Shown here: piece by piece, positions 1 through 7,975 of the stretch | How the letters are laid out: each line of letters begins with the position of its first letter | Position numbering within the stretch: the stretch's first letter is position 1 | Origin: an uncultured bacterium | GTDB taxonomy: Bacteria; Patescibacteriota; Minisyncoccia; Phycocordibacterales; PALSA-1337 | NCBI GenBank assembly: GCA_903842025.1 | Contig: CAIMKX010000048.1 | Coordinates: forward strand, 1 to 56,202 | DNA: 56,202 bases | Direction of reading: 5' to 3' | Made by a program: the position numbers and the translations under genes | The notes under the pieces: model-generated | The model's input: only the letters and a program-made list of their open reading frames with translations | Database searches by the model: none | Told to the model about the DNA's origin: nothing

Positions 1-57
1 CACGCAAAGATTTTGCTTCAGTTTGGCGATCTGCTCGCCTGAAAATATTGTCCTCAT
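1..57 (-). CDS. 5' end of a CDS running off the left edge (product unknown)
   Basis: ATG at 57-55 on the minus strand, open to the window edge. Reads MRTIFSGEQIAKLKQNLCV..., which is too short to classify. Confidence 0.3.
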   Translation of the reverse strand, partial: MRTIFSGEQIAKLKQNLCV

Positions 58-140
58 TTGTTTGTTTTGTTAATGATTAATTCTAACAAAAGAAAACAGC
101 AAACACAGAAGTCTGTGTCTACTAAATGGGGTACACTTCA

Positions 141-215
141 TGGTAGCCCTACGGGGAATCGAACCCCGATTACAGCCTTGAAAAGGCCGTGTCCTGACCG
201 TTAGACGATAGGGCC
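141..215 (-). tRNA. tRNA-Glu (anticodon UUC), CCA encoded
   Basis: The reverse complement folds as a cloverleaf: acceptor GGCCCTA/TAGGGCT, anticodon arm CGGCC-TTTTCAA-GGCTG (anticodon TTC), T arm CGGGG-TTCGATT-CCCCG, then A-CCA. Confidence 0.9.
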
Positions 216-362
216 CTGCTTCGCTCCTCACTTCGTTCGGCGCTTCGCAGGGCAAGCCCTGAAAATCCGGTGAGCGAAATTGGCATTCAAATACTACTAT
301 TTTTTTAACATTTTGGCAAAAGTGTTTTCTGTGTTATCGTAACAATGCTTCAACAATGCACT

Positions 363-449
363 GGAGAGGTGGCTGAGTGGTTGAAGGCACCGCTCTCGAA
401 AAGCGGCAGGCTCGCAAGGGCCTCGCGGGTTCAAATCCCGCCCTCTCCG
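363..449 (+). tRNA. tRNA-Ser (anticodon CGA), long variable arm, no encoded CCA
   Basis: Acceptor GGAGAGG.../CCTCTCC, anticodon arm CCGCT-CTCGAAA-AGCGG (anticodon CGA), long variable arm CAGGCTCGCAAGGGCCTC, T arm GCGGG-TTCAAAT-CCCGC. Confidence 0.9.
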
Positions 450-528
450 CCCTCGGTCGCCGAAGCGCGTGTATTAAACCTGCCACAGAAAAAAGACGTC
501 CGCTAATTTAAGCTTACATCCTTGAAAA

Positions 529-2052
529 CTAAAACCCCGGAAAATAATCCGTCTTTATATGACTTTTCGGCACTTGTAAGCCTGCTAGGACCTCTTCAAC
601 AGCCTGGATCAGAGAATGCGGACCGGAAATAAAGAAGACCCGTTCGTTGTAATCCGGCACCTCTTTAATGATTATTTCAATATTTACATAGCCTTTGTAG
701 CCGGACCAGTCAGTTGGTAGGTGATCCAAATCAGTCAGCGTGCAAACCGTCTTCAGTCCGGCAAGCTCTTTGGCTTTATGTACAACATCGGTGTAGGCGA
801 TCTCGTCAAAAGTCTTGCAGGAATAGACTAGAATCGCATCCCGATAATCCTTGCTGTCGATCATATACTGGATCATGCTTCGGAAAGGGGTGACGCCGAT
901 CCCGCCGGCAATGAAGCAGAGCTTTTTCTTGCGGTTCCTAGGCAAGGTGAAATTCCCGGAAAGACTGCCGGCCATTATGGTTTTGCCCTCGTCCAATTCC
1001 GCCAAAGCCTTCTTGAAACTACTGGACTTTTTGGCGTCAAATTTGATGCCCAATAAGAGGTTCTTCTCGGTTGGTGAAGAGGCGATCGTGAAATATCGGC
1101 GGTTGCCGCGTGAATCTGACGGTGAATGGGCCAGAGTCCATTCCAGGTATTGTCCCGGCTTGAATGAAACGCGGCGGTCGGGGACGAAAGCGAATTCGGC
1201 CGTATCGCGAGCAATTTTGACCTTACTCTTCAGGGTCAGCATGTATTTGGCTTTGGGACTCATGAGCCAGGAAAAAATATTGCCAAAGCAGAGGGCTAAC
1301 TCAGGCGTTGAGTATAACCAACCAAGGTGAATCGTCGGACCGAAGACCAGACCAGTGATCGCTCCGTAAACAATGCGGCGAGATCGATCTGGCGGAGTCG
1401 TCAATGGCTCAGTTAGCATTACAAGTGCAAAAAAGATGATTGGCGAATTTAGAAAGATCTGTCGTAAGACTGTAAGAGGATCTGAATGACCGTAGGCGCC
1501 GATTATTGTCGAAGTCAAGGCGAACAACAGAAAACTGATCACGAGATCGAAGCGCTTGATCTTCCTAGTTATGAAGAGACCGCCAACTATTACAAAAGGG
1601 AGCATGGAAGTTGTGCCGATCCACCAGGTCGCCGATTCATTGATAGCCAGGGCCGTAATGACAATAGCTATAGCCGCTGGATTGAAAATATGCTTCTTGT
1701 TGATGGCCAAAATATATTTGGAGGCCATGGCCAAAATTCCCGCCCAAATAACGAAGGGAAGAATGGAAAGATATTCATTTGCTCCTGGCGGCGAAATCAA
1801 CAAAGCCAGAATGAAGGCCGTAATATAGACGGATTCGACATTGGCTTGAGCCTTGAAGACGCGGGCAAAGAGCTCGTTGGTGATCCAGGAGACGACCAAT
1901 ATTACCGTCGTTGAATACAGCAATGCCTCCGGTCGAAATGGCAGAATCCCAAAAAAACTCAGGACTTCAGCGACCAGAATCCAGCCCATAAGACAGTACA
2001 GGACTAGTCGGTACATCGTAACTTTATTTAAAATGTTGTCTATGAATTTCAT
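529..2052 (-). CDS. Polytopic membrane domain (NqrB/RnfD-like) fused to a ferredoxin-NADP reductase-like FAD/NAD(P)-binding oxidoreductase domain
   Basis: 507 aa. The N-terminal half is multi-TM with HIFNPAA and MLTEPLTTP motifs, as in the RnfD/NqrB family. The C-terminal half has RRYFTIASSP (RxYS FAD motif) and GGIGVTPF (NAD(P) motif). It sits directly downstream of apbE. Confidence 0.75.
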   Translation of the reverse strand: MKFIDNILNKVTMYRLVLYCLMGWILVAEVLSFFGILPFRPEALLYSTTVILVVSWITNELFARVFKAQANVESVYITAFILALLISPPGANEYLSILPFVIWAGILAMASKYILAINKKHIFNPAAIAIVITALAINESATWWIGTTSMLPFVIVGGLFITRKIKRFDLVISFLLFALTSTIIGAYGHSDPLTVLRQIFLNSPIIFFALVMLTEPLTTPPDRSRRIVYGAITGLVFGPTIHLGWLYSTPELALCFGNIFSWLMSPKAKYMLTLKSKVKIARDTAEFAFVPDRRVSFKPGQYLEWTLAHSPSDSRGNRRYFTIASSPTEKNLLLGIKFDAKKSSSFKKALAELDEGKTIMAGSLSGNFTLPRNRKKKLCFIAGGIGVTPFRSMIQYMIDSKDYRDAILVYSCKTFDEIAYTDVVHKAKELAGLKTVCTLTDLDHLPTDWSGYKGYVNIEIIIKEVPDYNERVFFISGPHSLIQAVEEVLAGLQVPKSHIKTDYFPGF

Positions 2053-2072
2053 GAATGTTTACGTGAGCATTT

Positions 2073-2194
2073 GGTCCGGCAGTCCTGGGCATTCTTAATT
2101 TTGAGTCGAGGACATGCGACCAGCTCGCACAACAAGCTTTAAAATAGTGCGAGCGCCCGCAGACCAAAATAAGAATGCCCAGGACTGCCGGACC
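2073..2194. repeat. Perfect 25-bp inverted repeat (2073-2097 / 2170-2194) with a nested 8-bp inner stem (2123-2130 / 2147-2154)
   Basis: ggtccggcagtcctgggcattctta and its exact reverse complement. The right arm and inner stem overlap the last ~19 codons and the stop codon of apbE. Confidence 0.9.
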
Positions 2195-2957
2195 TCACTA
2201 CGTATCGTTCAAATCCGCTGGTCATGGTCGCAATTCCTTTCTTATCTATTATATAACCTTCTAGCCCTTCCTGCCGCTCGATGAACTCGATGCCTTTCTT
2301 GCCCATGGCGAAAGCCGCCGTGGCGAAGCGGTCTGCTTCATAGACATTGGGACCGATTACCGTCAAGCTGACGATGTCTTCGATCGCCTCAGCCATATTT
2401 TTCGGATTGTAAATATGCTGGCCGCGGATGTAGGTGCCGGATGTTGCTACTCCTTCGCCGCCGAGCTGAATGACTTTGATGATCTCACTTTGCTTGAAGG
2501 GATTTTTGATGCCGATGCGCCATTTTTGACCTTTTGAATTTGAACCGGCCGTTTGGATGTCTCCTCCAGCCTCAACGCAGTAATCGGTAAAACCAAGTCC
2601 TTTAAGAAGATTGGCGGCGTTAAGGATTGCCCAGCCTTTGACTATGCCCGACGGGTCATATATGCCTTGGCGATTGACGATGTCAAAATATCCGCCTGTC
2701 TCTTGTTTTGTCTTTTCAGCCAATTTGAAAATTTCCTTAATCTCGGCGCTGGCTTTGACTATCGATGTCCGACCTCGATTGATATCGGTGATCTCACTGC
2801 TTTCTTTGTACACGCTGTACTTGCCGTCAACATAACGGAAATATTCGAAGACTTTATCAATGGCCGATTGAATCTTGGCGCGACCATTGGACGCATGGCT
2901 CGATTCCACGATCTCAACCGTTATCGGCATGCCCATTATGAGTTTTGTTTCCTTCAT
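2139..2957 (-). CDS. apbE: FAD:protein FMN transferase (ApbE family)
   Basis: 272 aa. ApbE-like motifs GGYFDI, DPSGIVKGWA and VATSGTYIRG. The start abuts the stop of the upstream FMN-binding protein gene. Confidence 0.85.
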   Translation of the reverse strand: MKETKLIMGMPITVEIVESSHASNGRAKIQSAIDKVFEYFRYVDGKYSVYKESSEITDINRGRTSIVKASAEIKEIFKLAEKTKQETGGYFDIVNRQGIYDPSGIVKGWAILNAANLLKGLGFTDYCVEAGGDIQTAGSNSKGQKWRIGIKNPFKQSEIIKVIQLGGEGVATSGTYIRGQHIYNPKNMAEAIEDIVSLTVIGPNVYEADRFATAAFAMGKKGIEFIERQEGLEGYIIDKKGIATMTSGFERYVVRSGSPGHSYFGLRALALF

Positions 2958-3413
2958 TTAGTTTGTCGCCTGGGCCAAGGCGTTTGAGAGGGATTGCACA
3001 AAGCCTTTGCTGGTCTCGGTCGCACCGGAGACGGCGTCAACCTGGGCGTTTTGGGATGCGATGGCCTCTGATTTTAGGATCGGCATGGCGTTTTGGCTTT
3101 TCCTTAACGAGGTCTGTCGATCGCTTGGATATTGCATGAATTGGACATCGGCCAATTTGCCGCCGGAAATTATGGCCTGGACCTGAAGGTTGCCATAGTA
3201 AACATCAACTATGGATCCGGTGTAGGAACCATTTCTGTATTTGGACATCATAGTCGATCCGGATCCGTTCATCATCGGCCTAGAATTATTGATATTCAAG
3301 GCAACGGGCGTCTGGGTGGGATTTGAAGCAAGGTTTTGCTGTTTGGCTGAGACAAAAAAAGCGTAGAAGGCGAAGGAGATTATGACAAACAGGGAAAGAG
3401 TCAATTTTTTCAT
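2958..3413 (-). CDS. Secreted or membrane-anchored FMN-binding domain protein (ApbE substrate type)
   Basis: Signal/anchor MKKLTLSLFVIISFAFYAFFVSA. The C-terminal DAVSGATETSKG matches the [S/T]GAT flavinylation motif of FMN_bind domains. The start is placed at the ATG at 3413; the ORF track extends to 3449. Confidence 0.75.
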   Translation of the reverse strand: MKKLTLSLFVIISFAFYAFFVSAKQQNLASNPTQTPVALNINNSRPMMNGSGSTMMSKYRNGSYTGSIVDVYYGNLQVQAIISGGKLADVQFMQYPSDRQTSLRKSQNAMPILKSEAIASQNAQVDAVSGATETSKGFVQSLSNALAQATN

Positions 3414-3466
3414 TATAGTTTTACGATAGCTTCGGAACAAGGGGTGCACATGTTGTGTATGGATAT

Positions 3467-3550
3467 TTTATCAATTCTTGAACAAGATTTTATCATTTCT
3501 TGAACAAAATTTTATCATTTCTTGAACAAGATTTTATCAGGATTTTATCT
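3467..3550. repeat. 22-bp tandem direct repeat (three full units plus two partial) in a divergent intergenic region
   Basis: tttatcaattcttgaacaagat / tttatcatttcttgaacaaaat / tttatcatttcttgaacaagat / tttatcaggat / tttatctcacc, lying between the FMN-binding gene (minus) and the pilin gene (plus). Confidence 0.9.
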
Positions 3551-3615
3551 CACCTTGATATGATTTGATGATTATAAGAAAGTAGGCATATATTGCCTAC
3601 GTAATTATCATCATT

Positions 3616-4092
3616 ATGATCACAAAACGCAAACAACAGTTCGGGTTCACATTAATCGAGATTCTTGTCGTTATAGGCATTATCGCGGTATTGGCCGCCG
3701 TGGTCTTGGTGGCCGTCAATCCGGCCCGCCAGTTCAAACTCGCCCGTGATTCCCAGAGGGTTAGCAACGTCAACGCTTTACTAAACGCCATTCATCAGAA
3801 TATGGCAGAACACAGAGGAATCTTTACCTGCAACGGAACGGTCAAGGATATTCCGACCGTTCCCAGAATCGTGAAGTACAGCCTGACCGCGCCGGAAAGC
3901 GAAGGCGATATCGCCGCTTGTATAGTGCCGGATTACATCTCTTCGTTGCCGTACGATCCATCCATATCGACTGCCCATTACGCGAGCCCAACTGATTACG
4001 ATACCGGCTACGAAATCTTCAAGGACACCAACGGCCGGATCACCGCCAGTTCGACAGGGGAGTTGACGGCAAGTATTTCCGTCACTCGGTAA
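3616..4092 (+). CDS. Type IV pilin / pseudopilin-like protein with a prepilin N-terminal cleavage-methylation motif
   Basis: 158 aa. The N-terminus KRKQQFG|FTLIEILVVIGIIAVLAAVVLVA is the classic G/FTLIE prepilin signal. Confidence 0.85.
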   Translation: MITKRKQQFGFTLIEILVVIGIIAVLAAVVLVAVNPARQFKLARDSQRVSNVNALLNAIHQNMAEHRGIFTCNGTVKDIPTVPRIVKYSLTAPESEGDIAACIVPDYISSLPYDPSISTAHYASPTDYDTGYEIFKDTNGRITASSTGELTASISVTR

Positions 4093-4099
4093 GGTGGAT

Positions 4100-4275
4100 C
4101 AGCCCAGCCGCAAAGACTTTTCTTTTTTCAGTTGCTGCGGCTCTGCTTCCAATGTACCGGCCTTTTCACAAAGGCTTCGCTCCAAGGATTCACTTAGCCT
4201 TTGGAAAAGACAGCGGTACATTGGTCGCAGAATGTCCTCGCAACTGAAAAAAGAAAAGTCTTTGCGGCTGGGCTG
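4100..4275. repeat. ~176-nt extended hairpin: perfect 36-bp outer arms (4100-4135 / 4240-4275) plus further inner pairing
   Basis: cagcccagccgcaaagacttttcttttttcagttgc and its exact reverse complement. Inner segments ccaatgtaccg/cggtacattgg and cttttc.caaaggct/agcctttgg.aaaag also pair. Confidence 0.9.
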
Positions 4276-4312
4276 TTTACATAAATCGTATTGCAGACTA
4301 CTATTATTAATA

Positions 4313-5245
4313 ATGTACATTAGCCGTAAAATAATAGCGGTCTGGGTAGTGTGTCTGGCTTTGATTTTGACCGCCGTATTCGTGCGTTTTTCCAGGGTGA
4401 CATACAAGATTGGGCCGTTTCCGATTATTGTAAGCACGGCCAAGGAGAAGAGCCTTCCAACCAGTCAATCGTTTTATGATGCGGGAAATCAGGAAACCGT
4501 CGGAAACTCAACTGAGAAGCCTATTGTGCCGGTCATAAGCGCCAGGGCTTATATAGCCGGCAATGTTACGAACGGCCAGATTTATGCCACAAAGAACCCA
4601 AACCTGATCCTTCCTGTCGCTTCCATGTCCAAGTTGATAACGGCTGTGGCCGCCACGGACAGATTGTCGCTATCCGGAAAGGTTACCGTTACCAATCAGG
4701 AATTGGACGTGGCCAGTGACACCAGCCGTTTTGTTGCCGGCGAGACCTTTTCTGTCCTTGAATTACTTTATCCAATGCTGTTGAATTCATCGAACGTGGC
4801 CGCCGAAGCTCTGGCTTCCTCGACAAATAGGGCCGCATTCCTGGAATCAATGACGGCCTATGCCAAGGAGATCGGCATGCCCAAAACGTTCTTTGCCGAT
4901 CCGAGCGGTCTCAGCTCCCAAAACACGTCGACGGCGCGCGATTTTTTTACACTGTCAAAATATTTGTACAAATCCCGTCCGGATATTCTGGCCATCAGCC
5001 GGAAATCCGTCGTCTTTATTGCCACGACCACCGCCCACAATTCACACTTCTTCTACAGTATCCATCCTTTCGTGACGGATGATGAGTTCCTCGGCGGCAA
5101 AACCGGCCACACTGATGCGGCCGGTGATACTATGCTTACGATGTTAAGAATTAATAATCAGCCGATCGCGATCGTTGTTTTGAAGTCTGACAATCGATAC
5201 AAGGACACCAAACTAATTGTTGAGCAGATACGGAAACTGATCTGA
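4313..5245 (+). CDS. D-alanyl-D-alanine carboxypeptidase (serine peptidase S11 / low-MW PBP)
   Basis: Motifs SMSK (SxxK), SSN (SxN) and KTGHT (KTG), with an N-terminal TM anchor. The start is placed at the ATG at 4313, because the ORF-track extension 4094-4312 is translation of the hairpin. Confidence 0.8.
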   Translation: MYISRKIIAVWVVCLALILTAVFVRFSRVTYKIGPFPIIVSTAKEKSLPTSQSFYDAGNQETVGNSTEKPIVPVISARAYIAGNVTNGQIYATKNPNLILPVASMSKLITAVAATDRLSLSGKVTVTNQELDVASDTSRFVAGETFSVLELLYPMLLNSSNVAAEALASSTNRAAFLESMTAYAKEIGMPKTFFADPSGLSSQNTSTARDFFTLSKYLYKSRPDILAISRKSVVFIATTTAHNSHFFYSIHPFVTDDEFLGGKTGHTDAAGDTMLTMLRINNQPIAIVVLKSDNRYKDTKLIVEQIRKLI

Positions 5246-5307
5246 TACCTCGTAGCACCTCATGCCCTTTAAGCCCCGACGATAATTTGCGACCAATGTA
5301 CCACGTA

Positions 5308-6057
5308 CTACAACCACTTTTTTATCAGTTCCTTCGTCTCCTCCGGCCCTTTTACCGGGAAACAATCGACGCCGCTCGCCCTGGCCGGATAATCATTGCC
5401 GCCGTAGAATAGGGCGTCGCCGACAAAAGCAATCTCATCCGGATGCAGGCCCAGATATTGCTCCAGCTTCCTGATACCGTAACCCTTGTTGACTCCGCGC
5501 CTCGTGATGTCGACCGAGGTGGCTCCTCCGACCCTTTCGTCAAATTCAGGTATCTTCTTTCTCAAAAAATCCGCTATCTTCTCGCGCTTCTCCCTCGTCG
5601 GATCCCAGGCGTACTTTACTTCCACGGGGGCTTTTTGGCCCAAGGCAGAAAACGTGATCTGAGATCCGCGGTCCTCTACGATATCACCGTAGACTACCGC
5701 CGGTTTGACATAAGCAGTGGAAATTAGCGCCGAATTCAGGGCCGACATGATCCTCTCCTTTTCGGCCGCAGTAAGATTTTCAGCGTATTGCTCGACCCAG
5801 CTTCCTTTCCAGACGAATAAGCGCGTTCCTGACGTCGGTAACAACAGAAGATTGTCAAATCGGTCGCCGGCGCCTGGCAGTCTGCTGATGAATTGAGTCT
5901 CAAATTGCGGGTACCCGCCGCCAGAAATAATAGCAACTTTTTTTACCGAAAGCAGTCTGATGACAAGATCGGCCATCTCAGGGTCAATCGGGGATTTGCT
6001 TTTGGTTAGGGTACCGTCCAGATCGAATATTATGAGTTTTTTTGAGTTATCAGGCAT
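5308..6057 (-). CDS. HAD-IIB family phosphatase / phosphomannomutase-like protein
   Basis: 249 aa. HAD motif I is FDLDGTLT, with a later GDALFYGGNDYP (motif IV-like). It is adjacent to the GH130 genes. Confidence 0.7.
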   Translation of the reverse strand: MPDNSKKLIIFDLDGTLTKSKSPIDPEMADLVIRLLSVKKVAIISGGGYPQFETQFISRLPGAGDRFDNLLLLPTSGTRLFVWKGSWVEQYAENLTAAEKERIMSALNSALISTAYVKPAVVYGDIVEDRGSQITFSALGQKAPVEVKYAWDPTREKREKIADFLRKKIPEFDERVGGATSVDITRRGVNKGYGIRKLEQYLGLHPDEIAFVGDALFYGGNDYPARASGVDCFPVKGPEETKELIKKWL

Positions 6058-6068
6058 TCATTTTGACG

Positions 6069-7973
6069 TCAAATCTCTAGCATCTTGAGCAAGGCTGACA
6101 TTTTGACCGTGGCGACTCCAATGACACTGTCGGCCGCGCCGTAATACATGTAGGCGATTGGGCCTTTAACCACCAGGCCGCAAGGGAAAACGACATTGGC
6201 CACGATGCCTTTGTGCTCATATTCAGTCTCGGGCTCGAAAAGCGGAACCGCCGTACGGGCTTTGACGATCGTTGGGTCGAGAAGATCGAGAAGGACGGCA
6301 CCGACCCTATATGTAGTGCTCCAGGAAACACCGTGATAGAGGAGAAGCCAGCCGGCCTTGGTCTTGACGGGAGGCGCGGATATGCCGACTTTCCCGCCAT
6401 CCCACATGCCGCGTCTCGGCGCGATGATTTCGATGCTCTGGGTAATCTTTTCCTTGGAAAAATCCAACGATGACAAGAAGTCCGCGCAGACGCTTTCGTT
6501 CACGCGATGGAAGATCATATAGCCATCCTTGATCTTCTCGGGAAGGATGCAGGAATCCTTGTTGGGTATGCCGGCTGGCGTAATGGCTTCCGGGGAGCTC
6601 CAGGAGCTCCAGCGTTTCTTGACGAATTCTGAAGTGGTGATGGAACTGACGGCCACGCGCGGGGTCGTGCCGTCGTAGCCCGTGTAGGTCATGTAAAGCT
6701 TCTTATCGATCTCCACCAGGCGCGGGTCCTCACAGCCGCAATTGGAATTGGAACCATTGGCGTTCAATTCAAACGAGGCTCTCGGAAAATAAACCGGTTT
6801 GTCCAGTCTGACGTCTATCGAAAAGCCGTCCGATGTCGAGGCGTATCCCAAGGTGGAGACGTTGTCAGAGGAAACAGCGCGGTAAAGCAGGTGCGTCGTG
6901 CCGTTAATTCCGATGGCCGCCGGATTGATCGTCCCGCGAGCTTCCCAACCCATTCCCGGCCGGGGAGTGATGATCGGATTGCCGGGGAATCTCGTGACGT
7001 AGGATTTGTTTTTTTCAACCAGACTGCCAAGCAGGTTGTCGAGTGGGATCGTCGCCATGGCACAATGAGTATCCGCGCCGCCGTAGTAAACTTCCAGGTG
7101 TTCATTCCTGATCAGGGCGCCGGAAGGGAATATGACGTGGCCGACATTGCCGACATTCTCGTAATAGGCATCAGGAGCCATGAACGGCCCCTTGGTCCGC
7201 CCGATGATATGCCGAGGATTATCTCGATCAAGCAGAAGGACTTCTATGCCGAAAACTTGGCCGGACTGGCCGTAGCGCTGGATGTGGGAATAAACCACCA
7301 AATAGCCCTTGTCTGTCTTGACCGGCGCGGCTCCAAGCTCGATGTGATCATCCGGTAATCTGCGTATATGAAGTTTGTGGGCGTCGACGTTCTCTGTCCA
7401 GGCGTTCCAATATTCCGGCGACCAGATGTCTTCAGGACGGTCAAATTCGGCATAGCAGATATCCGAAGGTTTGCGGTCGGTGTTGATGGTGAGAAGGGCG
7501 GCCATTTTGCCATTGATCTTTTCCGGAAACATACCCATAGCCTTGGCGTTGAAAGGCGTGACCAAATGCTTTTCGGTTATCGTCTCCAGATCCTTGCTCA
7601 AAGCCACTGCCACCTTGATGGTATCGACGGAAAAAGGATAGCCGCCCAAAGCGGTGTAGAAAATGTAATACGTGTCACCAACCTTGGTGACACGCGGGTC
7701 TTCACATCCGAAATAGTCGAACTCTCGGTCCGGTCTTATCAGAACCTTCCTGTTCTCGAAGTGAAAGCCATCGGTCGAATCAGCCCGGGCAATGACGGAA
7801 GTGCTGATATGGGGATCGCGCAGCATGTCAGGCTCGGACATCGCCCGATAGACCATGACGGTTTTTTTGCCTTGAACGATCGGACAACCGTTGAAGGCCG
7901 CCGCGGCCTCCCAGGGATGCTCCTTGACCGGCGAGAGAAGGGGATTGTGCTCTGATCTGGTGAGTGTGAACAT
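6069..7973 (-). CDS. Tandem double GH130-like (beta-mannoside phosphorylase family) protein
   Basis: 634 aa with two repeated modules. Each carries GCEDPR (GCEDPRVTKVGDTYYIFYTA and GCEDPRLVEIDKKLYMTYTGYDG) and YYGAAD/YYGGAD-type C-terminal motifs. Confidence 0.7.
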   Translation of the reverse strand: MFTLTRSEHNPLLSPVKEHPWEAAAAFNGCPIVQGKKTVMVYRAMSEPDMLRDPHISTSVIARADSTDGFHFENRKVLIRPDREFDYFGCEDPRVTKVGDTYYIFYTALGGYPFSVDTIKVAVALSKDLETITEKHLVTPFNAKAMGMFPEKINGKMAALLTINTDRKPSDICYAEFDRPEDIWSPEYWNAWTENVDAHKLHIRRLPDDHIELGAAPVKTDKGYLVVYSHIQRYGQSGQVFGIEVLLLDRDNPRHIIGRTKGPFMAPDAYYENVGNVGHVIFPSGALIRNEHLEVYYGGADTHCAMATIPLDNLLGSLVEKNKSYVTRFPGNPIITPRPGMGWEARGTINPAAIGINGTTHLLYRAVSSDNVSTLGYASTSDGFSIDVRLDKPVYFPRASFELNANGSNSNCGCEDPRLVEIDKKLYMTYTGYDGTTPRVAVSSITTSEFVKKRWSSWSSPEAITPAGIPNKDSCILPEKIKDGYMIFHRVNESVCADFLSSLDFSKEKITQSIEIIAPRRGMWDGGKVGISAPPVKTKAGWLLLYHGVSWSTTYRVGAVLLDLLDPTIVKARTAVPLFEPETEYEHKGIVANVVFPCGLVVKGPIAYMYYGAADSVIGVATVKMSALLKMLEI

Positions 7974-7975
7974 TG

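Noticed and set aside
70-255. 61-aa ORF on the minus strand
   Set aside because: It is entirely explained by translation through tRNA-Glu (141-215) and its flanks.
851-2098. Antisense or overlapping ORFs inside long genes, for example 851-1330, 1486-1914, 6891-7358, 7368-7955, 36268-36648, 48412-48891 and 53599-54123
   Set aside because: Each lies fully within a well-supported gene on the opposite strand and has a low-complexity or Arg/Ser/Gly-rich translation typical of shadow ORFs.
3467-3550. Possible CRISPR array (also the heptamer arrays at 32844-32984)
   Set aside because: The repeats are directly tandem with no unique spacers, the units are too short (22 nt and 7 nt), and no cas genes are present.
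4094-4312. N-terminal 73-aa extension of the PBP ORF, and the mirrored ORF 4099-4443
   Set aside because: Both are translations of the 176-nt palindrome, giving mirror-image peptides. The real start is the ATG at 4313, just before the TM anchor.
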